Source: Actinomycetota bacterium (GTDB taxonomy: Bacteria; Actinomycetota; Aquicultoria; Subteraquimicrobiales; UBA9087). From it: a DNA stretch of 64,000 nucleotides. The DNA lies in contig JASEEZ010000007.1 of assembly GCA_030019215.1 (NCBI GenBank), positions 2,521-66,520 of the forward strand, written 5' to 3'. The notes beneath the pieces were generated by a model. The model searched no databases. It saw only the letters and a program-made list of their open reading frames with translations, and was not told the DNA's origin. Shown in pieces: positions 19,650 through 30,739 of the stretch (positions are counted from its first letter, which is position 1; every line of letters starts with the position of its first letter). The position numbers were made by a program, and so were the translations under genes.

Positions 19650-20045
19650 TCAAAAGGTGGCGCTGGCGCTGGCCGAAGCCGAGAGGTAGGGTTCCAAGGA
19701 TTCAAAGCGATGGGCGAGGATGGTTTTCTTGGGTGGAACATCTATCCAGACAGTGATGGTGTGGTTTTTTATTTGGAAGTTGGTCAATACGGCACCTCTT
19801 TGCTCGGCAAGTTCTCTGGCCGTTGTCTGGGCCGCCTCTTTGGATAGCACGGAGGCTTTGTAGGAAGAGGCGGCCCCATCGGCGACTGCTTGAGCGATCT
19901 CCGGCGCCCCCCAGCGGGCGAGAGCTATCACCCCAACGTCGTTCGCAAGAACGATGATGATGAGGAGAAACAGAGTTACCTTTAAGACCGTGCCCAGAAT
20001 ATTCAATGTAATAACACCCCCTATCTTGTTTTGAAATATCGCCAA
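19650..20045 (-). CDS. Hypothetical protein with one N-terminal transmembrane helix
   Basis: 131-aa ORF overlapping the stop of the upstream gene. Confidence 0.45.
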   Translation of the reverse strand: MAIFQNKIGGVITLNILGTVLKVTLFLLIIIVLANDVGVIALARWGAPEIAQAVADGAASSYKASVLSKEAAQTTARELAEQRGAVLTNFQIKNHTITVWIDVPPKKTILAHRFESLEPYLSASASASATF

Positions 20046-22030
20046 CCAAGGATGACGCAGGTTATCAACATCAGGACGACGACGATAGAAAGGGCTACTC
20101 TGTTAAAGTAGGTGCTTTTGACTGTTATCATCGATTCCGCCACTTTCCTTTCGCTGCACTTGATCGTCACCTTAATGAGGGAAGAACCCGCTTTTTTTGC
20201 GGTCACGGGGAAGGTGAATACGTTTTCCTCGGGTGAGAGGGTTACGTTCTTTGTGTCACCGGAGGGGAAGAAAAAATCCTCTCCTTCTAGGGCGATGGAG
20301 ATGCTTATCGGATAGCCCGTGGCGTTGTTTATGGTTATGGGAACTTTCCCCCTTTGGCCAGTCAATGTGATTACCTGACTTCGGGGCGTGGTTATTTTGG
20401 CCAATTCGAAATCGATATTTCTTTCGATGTCCGCGGCGAAACTCAACCCCAAGTTTATGAGCTTGGGATCTTTTTCGGTTCCCAGCCAGTCGCTGCTCTG
20501 GGCGATCAGTAAATCCTGCAGGAATCTTTCTTGCAGGGGGTGATCGGGGGAGGCGATTTCGGAGAAGAGCTCAAAGCCAGCTTGGGCGCGTTCTAACTCT
20601 TTCAGATATTCTGTTTCCAGGTAGCCTCCTTCCAGCTCCGTTTCCGCGAGAGTTAGGGGCTTGGTTGGAGGGGCGATTAAGTCGGCGGCCTCTCCAAGGG
20701 TGATCGTTTTTACCCAGGGTATTTGCTCGAGTTTTGCGTACAAGGCTTGCAGTAGTTCCAGATTGGGGTCCCAGGATACATCGTCCGGGGACATGACCGC
20801 GATTTTTTGTTCACCTGCCCGGGTGAGATAGATCTCGGTGAGGGCTCCCAGCAGTCTCTGGCTGGTGGCTTCGGCATCCTGATCCTCAGTCAAAATTTGT
20901 GTGAGAAAATCATCGGCGAAGAAGACCGTCAAGCGGTTGTTTTCGGCATCCTGAACTCGATGGGGCATGTAGATGTCCCCCTCCGTTTCGGGGACGGTCA
21001 GGAAGATGTTTCCTTTCAGTATCGTGTATTTGACCTGGTTCTGGGTGAGATAGGAGAGGGCTTTCGAATTTAAAGTGAGGTTAGGCGGGTAAAGACCCGC
21101 CGGCTCAGGGAGGTTAAAGATGTTAGCGACGACTTCCTTCCCTTTTTTGATTTGAACCAGTCCATCTCGGTCCCACCCTTGGTTGGCGAGGGTGGCGAGG
21201 GAGGGGTAGGCGTAGGGGGCCGGGATTAGTTCAATTTGGCCGTTCTTTACCGTTTTCTCAAATCTTTTTAAGAGCTCAGTTGCATCTTGGGCTTGCCTGG
21301 ACTCCTCCGGTATTTTTTTAACCTTTCCCCCCACCAAAATCTCATAGCCGTCGCTCACATCCTGGATCTGCTGAAGGAGAAGCGGGGTGAAATTCATATT
21401 TACCCGAATGTTGGGGTGTTGGCTGAGGGCGATGATGTGCTGAAAGTAGGGCTCCGGGTTCTGGGGATCTAGACTGCAGTGATCTTGAATATCTTGATCT
21501 AGGAATATGCGCTGTGGATTGAAGTGCGCTCTGTCGTGAAGGTTCCAGGCGATTGCCATCAGTAAAGGGGATGATATTTTTGGGCTCGTCACGCACAGGG
21601 CCGATTTTTGCTCCAGAATGGTTTGTCCTTCTTGGGTTACAGTTGCTAGGACTTGGTAGGCGCCGTCCTCGAGATCAGGGATTTCCCTTTTGATTTTGAA
21701 CTCTGTTTTCCCCGCTGGAAGTGAGGAACGGGACCATGTCTGTCTGAGGAGAGGCTTGCTTTCTTGCTCAGAGGAGGGTTGGGTTTGATTTGGGAGACTA
21801 AGTCGGCCATCTATAGACAATGTTGCCCTAATGTTCTTCATGGATTCGGGCGAGTCGTTATTTAAGGTAAGGGTAATGGTGAACTCTTCCCCGCTCCCGT
21901 AAAAGGGCTTGTCAAAGGAGAGGCGCAGAGAGAGGGGGACCTGAGCAGAGCAAACAATCGAGCCAAGGAGGGCGAAGGCCACCAAGGTTAATATGAGCAA
22001 AGAGAAGATGGGGATATGTTTCGAGCTCAC
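20021..22030 (-). CDS. Large exported, C-terminally anchored protein; the central region is possibly GH57-like
   Basis: Signal-like N-terminus, C-terminal TM (VALSIVVVLMLITCVILGW), and an NFTPLLLQQIQ motif reminiscent of GH57 enzymes. The family assignment is weak. Confidence 0.5.
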   Translation of the reverse strand: MSSKHIPIFSLLILTLVAFALLGSIVCSAQVPLSLRLSFDKPFYGSGEEFTITLTLNNDSPESMKNIRATLSIDGRLSLPNQTQPSSEQESKPLLRQTWSRSSLPAGKTEFKIKREIPDLEDGAYQVLATVTQEGQTILEQKSALCVTSPKISSPLLMAIAWNLHDRAHFNPQRIFLDQDIQDHCSLDPQNPEPYFQHIIALSQHPNIRVNMNFTPLLLQQIQDVSDGYEILVGGKVKKIPEESRQAQDATELLKRFEKTVKNGQIELIPAPYAYPSLATLANQGWDRDGLVQIKKGKEVVANIFNLPEPAGLYPPNLTLNSKALSYLTQNQVKYTILKGNIFLTVPETEGDIYMPHRVQDAENNRLTVFFADDFLTQILTEDQDAEATSQRLLGALTEIYLTRAGEQKIAVMSPDDVSWDPNLELLQALYAKLEQIPWVKTITLGEAADLIAPPTKPLTLAETELEGGYLETEYLKELERAQAGFELFSEIASPDHPLQERFLQDLLIAQSSDWLGTEKDPKLINLGLSFAADIERNIDFELAKITTPRSQVITLTGQRGKVPITINNATGYPISISIALEGEDFFFPSGDTKNVTLSPEENVFTFPVTAKKAGSSLIKVTIKCSERKVAESMITVKSTYFNRVALSIVVVLMLITCVILGWRYFKTR

Positions 22031-22265
22031 TCCAGCCTCCGGATAAGAAGTGCTATTTGACTAAATTTCTACGGGTGGGATTAAAAATCCTTTAAGGGGG
22101 TTTCCGTAGAGGACTGCTTCTCTCTAGCTCCCTTTGGCCAGCCCCGTGTGGCCGAAGGCGAGGAGGCAGAGCAGATCATTGATAGGCTCTCCAGGATATC
22201 GAGTGAATTTGGGACGACAGTAGAGATGGAACAGGGTGAGGGCAGACTGGTATTGAGCGATTGAA

Positions 22266-23048
22266 GTGTTTAAAGGAAACCCCCGTCTCGTGACGAAAAT
22301 AAAGGGTGAGGTGATAAAGTTGATCCGAGGCAAGCTTGCCGCAGCAGTCTTTTTACTGATCACTATTTTAGTCCTTCCAGGCTGCGTCGCTCTTGCCATC
22401 GATACCGAGATAAACCCCGATGGGTCCGGCATCCGCAAGATGGATGTGGCCATCGAGGAGACTCTCGATGAGTTGCTCAAGACCGCCGCCATTCAGCAGG
22501 GTGAGCCGACCTTTGAGGAGCAGATGAAGAAGAATGCGCCGAAGGGCAGCAAGTTTGATACCTATGCGGAAGAGGGCAAGGTTCACTACGCGGTCAGTTT
22601 CAAATTTGAGAATGTAGAGCAACTGAAAAAATTGAGTGAGGCGACAAGTAAGGGTACTCAGGGTTTCAAAACGAGCGGGATAAGGTTGACCAAAAGGGAT
22701 CGCATTCTTTTCGCTGTTTATGATTTTAGCGAGAAGATACCCGCCTCGACCGCGAAGGTAAGCCCAGAGCAGGAAAAGCTGGCCAAGGCCATTTCTCTGA
22801 CCTATAAACTCACTCTGCCCGGGAGAATCATCAAGTCCAATGCGGATAAGATCGAGGAGAATTCTGCGACCTGGCGCATAAGTGCTCTCAAGGGAGGGGA
22901 GGTCCGAGCGAGCTCTCGATATATCCGATGGTGGGTGGTTGGAGTGGTTGCCCTCCTTCTGTTGCTAATCGTAGTGGCTGCGGTCTTCACGGTCCTCAAA
23001 GCAATTTCGAGGAGAAGGGCGAGCCGCTTAAGTTCTACCGAGGAATAG
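22266..23048 (+). CDS. Hypothetical lipoprotein-like protein with a C-terminal TM anchor
   Basis: LVLPGC lipobox-like motif and C-terminal WWVVGVVALLLLLIVVAAVF. Confidence 0.5.
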   Translation: MFKGNPRLVTKIKGEVIKLIRGKLAAAVFLLITILVLPGCVALAIDTEINPDGSGIRKMDVAIEETLDELLKTAAIQQGEPTFEEQMKKNAPKGSKFDTYAEEGKVHYAVSFKFENVEQLKKLSEATSKGTQGFKTSGIRLTKRDRILFAVYDFSEKIPASTAKVSPEQEKLAKAISLTYKLTLPGRIIKSNADKIEENSATWRISALKGGEVRASSRYIRWWVVGVVALLLLLIVVAAVFTVLKAISRRRASRLSSTEE

Positions 23049-23319
23049 GTTTTTGAATCTCAGGGCGTCCTCTGCCATATGGATGTTGTTGAAAAAACCA
23101 TAACTTCCCTGTTTCTCCTCGGTGATTTTAAGGTTTGCCTTTCTATGGGTGGGACTGGAGGGAGGGTGAGTGATGAGTTGCCAGGATTTGGCGGTGAACT
23201 CGAAGTCGGCCGGCACTTCTTCTTGCCACTTCCTGGCCGTTTCAAGGCGAGGAGGGTTGTAGCTCGTAGTATGCCCGCTTTGCCATCGGAAAGCCGCAAC
23301 AGCCGATTTTTAAGACCAT
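23028..23319 (-). pseudogene. Truncated, frameshifted DUF72-family remnant
   Basis: MVLKIGCCGFPMAKRAYYE in one frame and LETARKWQEEVPADFEFTAKSWQLITH in another. Only about 95 of roughly 250 aa expected remain, and it runs into the convergent gene. Confidence 0.5.
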
Positions 23320-23396
23320 TTCGCTCCTCGCCGCTTTTATTATATCCCAAACTGGTATAGAATTAATTTGTAGATCTCGGTGGGGAGGTGAGTTGG

Positions 23397-23630
23397 ATGG
23401 TCAGGGCATATGTGCTGGTAACGGCGGAGGCTGGCAAAGCGGGAGATGTGGTCAAGAGCATCTCCGGGATAGCCGGGGTGAAATCCGTTCATGCCGTCAC
23501 CGGGCCATACGATGCCGTCGCTTTCGTCGAGGCATCTGACTTCAACGCCATCGGAGAATTAGTCGTAGCAAAGATCCAGAAAATCGAGGGAGTTTCTCGC
23601 ACTCTCACCTGCATCGTCGTTGAGCTATAA
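23397..23630 (+). CDS. Stand-alone Lrp/AsnC ligand-binding (RAM) domain protein
   Basis: MVRAYVLVTAEAGK...VKSVHAVTGPYDAVAFVEA pattern. Confidence 0.7.
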   Translation: MVRAYVLVTAEAGKAGDVVKSISGIAGVKSVHAVTGPYDAVAFVEASDFNAIGELVVAKIQKIEGVSRTLTCIVVEL

Positions 23631-23716
23631 GGGGAAACTGCCGGCATTTAGTGCTATAATTAAATAAAGGGGATTGGGAGCCAGGGCGGTTGTGCTGAGA
23701 CTGTCCCGAGGAGGCG

Positions 23717-23953
23717 ATGAAGGTGTCTCGCAACGTAGGGGTGGTTGACAGAGCACTGAGAGCCATCTTGGGAATCCTTGTGATCGGCTATGTGGCTTTA
23801 AGCTATGCGACGCTCGCTTCATTTTGGATGGTCATTTTGGGAATAGTTGGCCTCTTCCTTTTGATCACCGGGGTTGTTGGTTTCTGTCCGCTCTATGCTC
23901 TGCTCAAAATCGATTCACTGGCGTTCAAATTCCACCGACATAAGATTGCTTAA
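23717..23953 (+). CDS. DUF2892 (YgaP-like) small membrane protein
   Basis: NVGVVDRALRAILG...GFCPLYALLKI. Confidence 0.7.
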   Translation: MKVSRNVGVVDRALRAILGILVIGYVALSYATLASFWMVILGIVGLFLLITGVVGFCPLYALLKIDSLAFKFHRHKIA

Positions 23954-24005
23954 AGCACTAATTGCGGCAAAAGATCCTACTCCAGCATGACCGCTTCCGA
24001 TTTAA

Positions 24006-25646
24006 TTAACCCAGTCCCCCTCTTATAGTCCCCAGCTTGAGCATCCACTCTTTGACCAGGTCATATTCGGTTCTTTCGTCGCTCAGTATTTCCTTGCCCT
24101 CCAGCCCAACGATGTTCTTAAGCATCGGCTTCATCGTTTCCAGAATGGTTGCGTAGAATTTATCCTCTTTAGATCGAGGCCCTGGTATGATGCCCGTGTT
24201 TTCCCGGATGAATTTTAGATCCTCATCCACCTGGGAGATGACGGAGGGCGGAAGGAATTCGCTCGCATTTTTCAGGTTCACAAAGCGGCAGGCGAAGTTC
24301 AGATCACTTTTCAGCCCCACGTAGTAGTCGAGGAATTTTTTCAAAGCGCTTTTTCCGTATCTCTCTCTGACCTCTTCGATACCTCTCCCCGTGCCGATTA
24401 TCTCCGGGGGTAGCCCGATGTTGTAGAGAGCGGCCGTGTAGGAGATGGCCCTTGGAAGCTCGGCGGCCTTCTTTGGTTGCAGTTTCCGGAGTTCTTTGGC
24501 CAAATCGCCGTCCGTGATTAGGTCGGCCAGGTCTTGGGGATGGGGCAGGTCGCGGGCGTAGCCCACCTCGCTTATCCGGGCCAGGCGATCCCGCTGCTGG
24601 GGGATAAGGTCAGAGATCTTGCACATCGGCTCGATCATGGCTTGAAAGGACCGCAGGTAGTGCCCGACGAAGATGCCGATAATGTTGAGAAGCAGGCCCT
24701 GGGTTTCGTCGTCCAATTGCAGGGGAGGCGTGGATGGTAGCCGTTCCTTTAAGATTGCTACCAGCTTCCGCGTTTTGTCGTAGCCGTGGTCGTACCTCAT
24801 GGCGGATTGGACGGTTAGTGTCCTTGCGCCACTATACTCTCTCAGTGTGTTTTCCACGTTTTCCAGGGTGAAGTGTCCCCTGAAAGGCAGGGTTCCTCCC
24901 CCTACGATGGGGGCGATCGCGATGCCGCTTTTCTCCTGGATTCGATAACCCTGGGCGAGAGCTATCTTATTTGCGAGAATCGCCGGAACCATTCCATATG
25001 AAAGGGCGAGATCTGAGCGTCCCAGCATGAAGCGAAGTCTCTTGGTGGTGAGCCCCATATCTCGGCAGCCGTCCAGGTAGCTCCCGAGAATGGACTCCAC
25101 CTCAAGGATCTGGGGAATCGTTTCCACGAGAGGGATCAGTTGAATAGTGTTGGGGTCCTTGCTCAGCCCAAATTCTTTGTGAGCCAGGTTGATGATGTCG
25201 ATTATCCTTTCCCGTACCGAGAGGAGCTCTTCGGTTCCGGTGCACATGGGTAGGATGACCTCGCGGACGGCGTAGGTTTGGGATTGTTTCCAGGCGTGGT
25301 AGTTGGATTCCACGATGGACATCAAGGCCATCAGTTGCCTGAACACCCCCTCCTCTCTTCCACTGGGAATTCGGGGGGTGACGAAAACCTCCCTTCCTGC
25401 GATTATCCCCTTGCTCAATATTCCTAAAACTATCTGGGAGGTCTGGAGGTAGGGGGTTAGTTTGCCCTCGAAGTCGACCATAGCCTCTTCCAGGCCCAGC
25501 CCTTCCGGGGGCGGAGTGAGGGAGAGGATGGCCTCCTGGGGTTCTTCCTGAACGGGGACATACCTGCAGGCGTCCGGGTGTTGTGTCATCAGGGCGGAGG
25601 GAATCTTCAAATTTTCCATGGTTTGCTCCTTGCTTAAGCTATCCAA
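24006..25646 (-). CDS. ppcA: Archaeal-type phosphoenolpyruvate carboxylase
   Basis: About 540 aa with the N-terminal IPSALMTQHPD motif. The true start may be the internal ATG at 25619. Confidence 0.7.
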   Translation of the reverse strand: MDSLSKEQTMENLKIPSALMTQHPDACRYVPVQEEPQEAILSLTPPPEGLGLEEAMVDFEGKLTPYLQTSQIVLGILSKGIIAGREVFVTPRIPSGREEGVFRQLMALMSIVESNYHAWKQSQTYAVREVILPMCTGTEELLSVRERIIDIINLAHKEFGLSKDPNTIQLIPLVETIPQILEVESILGSYLDGCRDMGLTTKRLRFMLGRSDLALSYGMVPAILANKIALAQGYRIQEKSGIAIAPIVGGGTLPFRGHFTLENVENTLREYSGARTLTVQSAMRYDHGYDKTRKLVAILKERLPSTPPLQLDDETQGLLLNIIGIFVGHYLRSFQAMIEPMCKISDLIPQQRDRLARISEVGYARDLPHPQDLADLITDGDLAKELRKLQPKKAAELPRAISYTAALYNIGLPPEIIGTGRGIEEVRERYGKSALKKFLDYYVGLKSDLNFACRFVNLKNASEFLPPSVISQVDEDLKFIRENTGIIPGPRSKEDKFYATILETMKPMLKNIVGLEGKEILSDERTEYDLVKEWMLKLGTIRGGLG

Positions 25647-25771
25647 TTGAGTCTTTTGCGACGAGAACCATCCACAATCTTCTGGGTTTAATTATACTAT
25701 GATGTATAGCTATGGGGGGTTTCAGTTTCGATAAAGCTTCGTCCCGCCATTTCTTAAATCCCTTAAAAGAC

Positions 25772-26197
25772 CTAGCCTTTTGGTGTCCACTCACGCCCTT
25801 CGTCGATGACGTGAATCACTTGCCAACCTCTCCTCTGCAGGTTATTGCCGATAAATCGGCGGTGGCACCTCCAGGGTAGCTTCTCGGCACACATTACGGC
25901 CACCAGTTCTTTTTCGGCTAGCTTTTCGAGCATTTCGATGCCCTCTTTGAATCGTTCGCTCGAGGTATATTTCTCGTATCCTCCAGATTGGTATCCACCG
26001 AGTTCCTGACCGAGGTAGATGTAATTGATACCGGCTTTTTCTAGGGCGCCCGCCAGGTTCTCTTGCTTGAAGTGGTCGAATTTACTAGTGAGAAACCTCC
26101 TCGCATCGACAAGAGCCTGGATGCGATACATTTTTAAGAGGTTGAGAAACTCATCCCAGGTTCGGTTGCTCGAACCCACGGTGAAGATCTTTTTCAT
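25772..26197 (-). CDS. DUF488-family protein
   Basis: FTVGSSNRTWDEFLNLLKMYRIQALVDARRF and a CHRRFI motif. Confidence 0.7.
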   Translation of the reverse strand: MKKIFTVGSSNRTWDEFLNLLKMYRIQALVDARRFLTSKFDHFKQENLAGALEKAGINYIYLGQELGGYQSGGYEKYTSSERFKEGIEMLEKLAEKELVAVMCAEKLPWRCHRRFIGNNLQRRGWQVIHVIDEGREWTPKG

Positions 26198-26679
26198 ACC
26201 TTAATTATTTTGCCCTTGATTTTCTCATCGGCCTCAAGGATACCCACGTAATTTTGGGAGGCAAAGATTTTATCCGTGGCACTACCGGGGTTGAAGAGAA
26301 GGACACCATCGATGATCTTATTGAACGGCTCATGGGTGTGGCCGAAGACTATGCAGTCCACTCCCGAGAACTCCCCCTTGATCCTTTCGATCAACCCGGT
26401 GGGTGGACCCCAGCCATGGGCGAGGCCGATCTTGAAGCGATCTGTCTCAATCACGGTTTTCGAGGGCAGAGCTTCTCTGACTCCCGGCGGATCCATATTC
26501 CCGCAGACCGCAATGGTTTTGGCGATGCCCCTCAGTGTCTCGAGGACATCCGGTATGACCAGATCCCCGGCGTGTAGAATGAGGTCGACGCCCTGAAAAT
26601 GTTTTGAGGCAATCCCTTTAATCTCTCGGAGATCATCCGGCGTGCGGATGTGGGTGTCGGAGATTGCTCCAATCCTCAT
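26194..26679 (-). CDS. YfcE/MJ0936-type metallophosphoesterase
   Basis: ISDTH, GDL, GNMD and GHTH motifs. Confidence 0.85.
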   Translation of the reverse strand: MRIGAISDTHIRTPDDLREIKGIASKHFQGVDLILHAGDLVIPDVLETLRGIAKTIAVCGNMDPPGVREALPSKTVIETDRFKIGLAHGWGPPTGLIERIKGEFSGVDCIVFGHTHEPFNKIIDGVLLFNPGSATDKIFASQNYVGILEADEKIKGKIIKV

Positions 26680-29069
26680 GAGACTCTTTCTTTTTCTGAG
26701 GACTTTTCCAGCTTTTCTCTCTCACCCACTGGCAGAGAAGGCGAAAGGGCTACCTTCAGCACCTCGTCCATGTGGCTCACGAAGGTGAAGTCCAGTTCCT
26801 TTCGAACGTGTTCCGGGACAAGCTCTAAATCCTTCTCATTTTCTTCGGGGAGGATGACTTTCTTGATGCCTGCTCTGTGGGCGGCCAGCACCTTTTCCTT
26901 GATTCCCCCCACCGGGAGGGCATGACCTCTGAGGGTTATCTCCCCGGTCATACAGACATCCTTCCGCACCGGACATTTGGTTAAAGTGGAGATAAGGGCC
27001 GTAGCCATGGTTATTCCCGCCGATGGACCATCTTTGGGAATGGCTCCCGCCGGCACGTGGATGTGGACGTCGTAGACGCTATAGAAATCCTCATCTATGC
27101 CGAGTTGCCGGGCGCGTGAACGAGCGTAGCTCACCGCCGCCTGGGCTGATTCCTGCATAATCTCTCCAAGGTGACCGGTGAGAGTGAGCTTGCCCCTTCC
27201 TTTCATGATGGTGGCCTCGACCGATATTATGTCTCCTCCGACTTCTGTCCAGGCCACGCCGGTGGCCACGCCGACTTCATCCTTCTCTTCAGCTAGACCA
27301 TAGCGGAACTGGGGTGGACCCAGGAACTCATGGATGTTATCCGGGGCGATTTTGATCTTTCCCGTCTCGCCCTCCACCACTTTCCTGGCCACCTGCCGGC
27401 AGATGGTGGCTATCTTTCTCTCGAGATTTCTTACCCCGGCTTCCCTGGTGTGTTCCCGAATTATCTTTCTCAGGGCCGCCTCACCGATGGTGAGTCGCTC
27501 CTCGCTCAGCCCGTGAGCTTCCAGCTGTTTGGGGATGAGGAACTGCTGGGCGATCTTCACCTTCTCTTCCTCGGTGTAGCCGGGGAAGTGTATGACCTCC
27601 ATCCTGTCTTTGAGGGCGGGGGGTATGGTATCCAGGATGTTTGCGGTGGTGATGAACATCACTTTGGACAAGTCGAACGGCACTTCAAGATAGTGGTCGC
27701 TGAAAGCGTAGTTTTGTTCCGGATCAAGCATCTCCAGTAAGGCGGCGGAGGGATCCCCTCGAAAGTCGGCACCTATCTTGTCGATCTCGTCCATCATGAA
27801 GACGGGATTTTTCGATTTCACCTGGGAGATGGACTGGATTACCCTACCGGGTAGTGCCCCGACGTAGGTGCGACGATGTCCGCGGATCTCTGCTTCGTCC
27901 CTCACTCCACCTAGGGATATCCGGATGAATTTTCGCCCCAGGGATCTAGCGATGGATTTGCCGATGGAAGTCTTGCCCGTGCCCGGCGGGCCAACAAAAC
28001 AGAGGATCGGGCCTCTCATCTTTTTTGCTAGCTTGTGAACGGCCAGGAATTCCAAGACGCGCTCCTTAACCTTATTTAATCCGTAATGATCCTCATCGAG
28101 AATTTTGGCTGCCTCCTTGAGGTCGAGCTTTTCTTTATCCTCCTTCGCCCATGGCAAACCGATCAGCCAGTCGAGATAGGTTCGAATGACAGACACCTCG
28201 GCGGCGGCCGGTGGCATCCTCTCTAATCTATCCAGCTCTTTGAGGGCCTTTTCCTCGACCTCTTCGGGCATTTGTGCCTCTTTGATCTTAGCTTTAAGCT
28301 CTTCGATCTCGGCGGCCTGTTCATCGACCATCCCCAGTTCTTGCTGGATGGCTTTCAACTGCTCTCTCAGGAAATACTCCTTCTGAGTTTTACTCATCTG
28401 CTCCTTTACCCGAGATTGAATCTTGCTCCCGATCTCGAGGATCTCCAACTCTTTACCGAGGAAGGCGCTCACCTTCTCCAGCCTTTTTTGAGGGCTGATG
28501 GCCTCCAGAATTTCCTGTCTTCCCTCCGTTTTCAGACTAAGGTGGAAGGCGATGAAGTCGGCCAACCTTCCCGGTTCCTCAATGTTGATGGCGGCCAGGA
28601 GGACCTCTTGGGGGATGGGCTTACCCAGCCGAGCGCACTTCTCGAACTGGGTCACCAGATGCCTCATGAGGGCCTCGATCTCCAGGGTTTTTTCCTCTTC
28701 CCCCTCCTCAACCTCCACTCTTACCTTGAAGAAGGGCTCTGTCTGGATGAAATCCTTGATTCTGACTCTGGTCAGTCCTTCCACCAATGCCTTAGCGGTG
28801 CCATCGGGGAGTTTGAGCTCTTGCATGACCGTGGCGGTGCAGCCCACGGTGAAGAGGTCTTCGGGTTGAGGTTCCTGGATATCGGCCTCCTCTTGGGCCG
28901 CTAGCACCACGATGTGATCTTGGCGCATGGCTTCTTCAAGAGCCTTTATCGACCTTTCTCTCCCCACGAATAGGGGAATAACTAGGTGGGGAAAAACCAC
29001 CAGGTCTCTGAGGGGAATCAACGGAATTTCCTCTGGAATTTTTAGTCTTTCCTCAGTTTTGTCTGCCAT
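26676..29069 (-). CDS. lon: ATP-dependent Lon protease
   Basis: LON N-domain, Walker [10 protein letters not shown], protease motif PKDGPSAG. Confidence 0.95.
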   Translation of the reverse strand: MADKTEERLKIPEEIPLIPLRDLVVFPHLVIPLFVGRERSIKALEEAMRQDHIVVLAAQEEADIQEPQPEDLFTVGCTATVMQELKLPDGTAKALVEGLTRVRIKDFIQTEPFFKVRVEVEEGEEEKTLEIEALMRHLVTQFEKCARLGKPIPQEVLLAAINIEEPGRLADFIAFHLSLKTEGRQEILEAISPQKRLEKVSAFLGKELEILEIGSKIQSRVKEQMSKTQKEYFLREQLKAIQQELGMVDEQAAEIEELKAKIKEAQMPEEVEEKALKELDRLERMPPAAAEVSVIRTYLDWLIGLPWAKEDKEKLDLKEAAKILDEDHYGLNKVKERVLEFLAVHKLAKKMRGPILCFVGPPGTGKTSIGKSIARSLGRKFIRISLGGVRDEAEIRGHRRTYVGALPGRVIQSISQVKSKNPVFMMDEIDKIGADFRGDPSAALLEMLDPEQNYAFSDHYLEVPFDLSKVMFITTANILDTIPPALKDRMEVIHFPGYTEEEKVKIAQQFLIPKQLEAHGLSEERLTIGEAALRKIIREHTREAGVRNLERKIATICRQVARKVVEGETGKIKIAPDNIHEFLGPPQFRYGLAEEKDEVGVATGVAWTEVGGDIISVEATIMKGRGKLTLTGHLGEIMQESAQAAVSYARSRARQLGIDEDFYSVYDVHIHVPAGAIPKDGPSAGITMATALISTLTKCPVRKDVCMTGEITLRGHALPVGGIKEKVLAAHRAGIKKVILPEENEKDLELVPEHVRKELDFTFVSHMDEVLKVALSPSLPVGEREKLEKSSEKERVS

Positions 29070-29271
29070 CCCTTCTCTCCTGGTCGCAAATCGATTAAAA
29101 GATTCTTCAGCTTACCTTGCAATCCTTTTATTTAATCGAATTTCTTTGATTCAAGGATAATTTATTTAGAGTAGAAAGTCGAGAGTGGCAAGCAGTGTGA
29201 AATGTGTTGCTGGTGGAATTGAAGGAGGGTTTGTAGTAAGCTTATTCCAATCTGTGGGGACCATTCTCGGG

Positions 29272-30726
29272 ATGGCGACACCCGATTTTCAGGGAGGGGA
29301 TATCTTGTCCGGCAAAAAGGAGTATCTGCGCCAGCTTTCCGCGGTCGATGAGATCCTCCAGTTGGAGGAGATTCGAAGTTTGATTGGTACTCATCCCCGC
29401 CAGGTTGTGGTGGACGCCGTCCGCACCGTTCTAGAGGAGCTGAGGCGAACCATTCTATCCTCAAAGGATTCCGCTGAGCTGGCTGATCTGGAGCTTGAAC
29501 CTAAAGACCTGGTTCCTTTGATCATTGATTTGGTTCGAGAAGTGATGCACCCTCATTTGAAGAGGGTTATCAATGCCACGGGGGTGGTCATTCACACCAA
29601 CCTTGGTCGGTCGATCCTGGCCCCCGAGGCGGTTGATGCTCTTGTGACTGTAGCTGAAGGTTACTCAAATTTGGAGTTCGATTTGAAGTTGGGTGAGAGG
29701 GGTTCACGCCATGATCATGTTGAGGACTTGCTTTGCACTCTGACGGGTGCAGAGGCAGCGGCGGTAGTCAATAACAACGCCGGTGCTGTTCTTCTGGCCC
29801 TGGCCACGCTGGCCTCAGGCAAAGAGGTGGTGGTCTCGAGAGGAGAGCTAGTGGAAATCGGTGGTTCCTTCAGGATCCCCGACGTGATGCGCCAGAGCGG
29901 AGCGATCCTGAGGGAGGTGGGTACGACCAACAAAACCTATCTCAGGGATTATCGAGGAGCCATAGGGGAAGAGACCGCTCTTCTTCTCAAGGTTCACACG
30001 AGCAACTTCAGGGTGGTTGGATTCGCGGCTGAGGTCAGTCTGGAGGAGCTGGTAGTTCTGGGTGGGGAGTACAACGTGCCCGTCATGAACGACCTGGGTA
30101 GTGGTGTTTTCGTTGATCTCTCTCAATATGGACTCTCTCATGAGCCTACCGTTCAGGAGGCCCTCAAGGCTGGGGCTGACGTGGTGACCTTCAGTGGCGA
30201 TAAACTTCTGGGAGCTCCCCAAGCCGGGATAATCTTGGGAAAAAGAGAGTTCGTGGAAAAGATAAAGAAGCACCCCCTGGCCCGTGCCCTAAGAGTGGAC
30301 AAGCTCACCTTGGCTGGCCTGGAGGCCACTCTCAGGCTCTATCTGGACCCGGCCCTGGCGATCGAGCGTGTTCCCACGCTGGAAATGATACTGGCTCCCC
30401 TTGCCAATCTTGAGAAAAGAGCTCATCGGCTCGGTGAGGAGCTGAAAAAGAAGGTTGGAAAAACCTTCGATGTGAAGGTCGAGAAGGAGATATCACGGGT
30501 TGGGGGAGGGGCTCTGCCTCTGGAGGAACTTCCTACTTATGTGGTTGGCTTGACCTCCGCGGAGTTTTCCGCCGTGGAATTGGCGGGCAAACTGAGATTG
30601 TCGGAGCCGCCCATTGTAGCTCGATTAAAAGAGGACAAGGTGTTGCTTGATATGCGAACCGTTCGAGATGAAGAAATCCCCGGAATAACCTCCGCCTTTG
30701 AGGGAATTGCCCAGCCACGAAAATGA
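29272..30726 (+). CDS. selA: L-seryl-tRNA(Sec) selenium transferase
   Basis: LRQLSAVDEIL N-terminus and the PLP-lysine context FSGDKLLGAPQAGII. The start is taken at ATG 29272. Confidence 0.9.
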   Translation: MATPDFQGGDILSGKKEYLRQLSAVDEILQLEEIRSLIGTHPRQVVVDAVRTVLEELRRTILSSKDSAELADLELEPKDLVPLIIDLVREVMHPHLKRVINATGVVIHTNLGRSILAPEAVDALVTVAEGYSNLEFDLKLGERGSRHDHVEDLLCTLTGAEAAAVVNNNAGAVLLALATLASGKEVVVSRGELVEIGGSFRIPDVMRQSGAILREVGTTNKTYLRDYRGAIGEETALLLKVHTSNFRVVGFAAEVSLEELVVLGGEYNVPVMNDLGSGVFVDLSQYGLSHEPTVQEALKAGADVVTFSGDKLLGAPQAGIILGKREFVEKIKKHPLARALRVDKLTLAGLEATLRLYLDPALAIERVPTLEMILAPLANLEKRAHRLGEELKKKVGKTFDVKVEKEISRVGGGALPLEELPTYVVGLTSAEFSAVELAGKLRLSEPPIVARLKEDKVLLDMRTVRDEEIPGITSAFEGIAQPRK

Positions 30727-30739
30727 TCCTGATGGGGTG

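Noticed and set aside
23060-23360. ORFs of 93-96 aa on both strands
   Set aside because: They are better explained as out-of-frame readings of the DUF72 remnant.
28272-28904. 210-aa plus-strand ORF
   Set aside because: It is antisense to lon and its Leu/Gly-rich translation reflects complementary codon bias.
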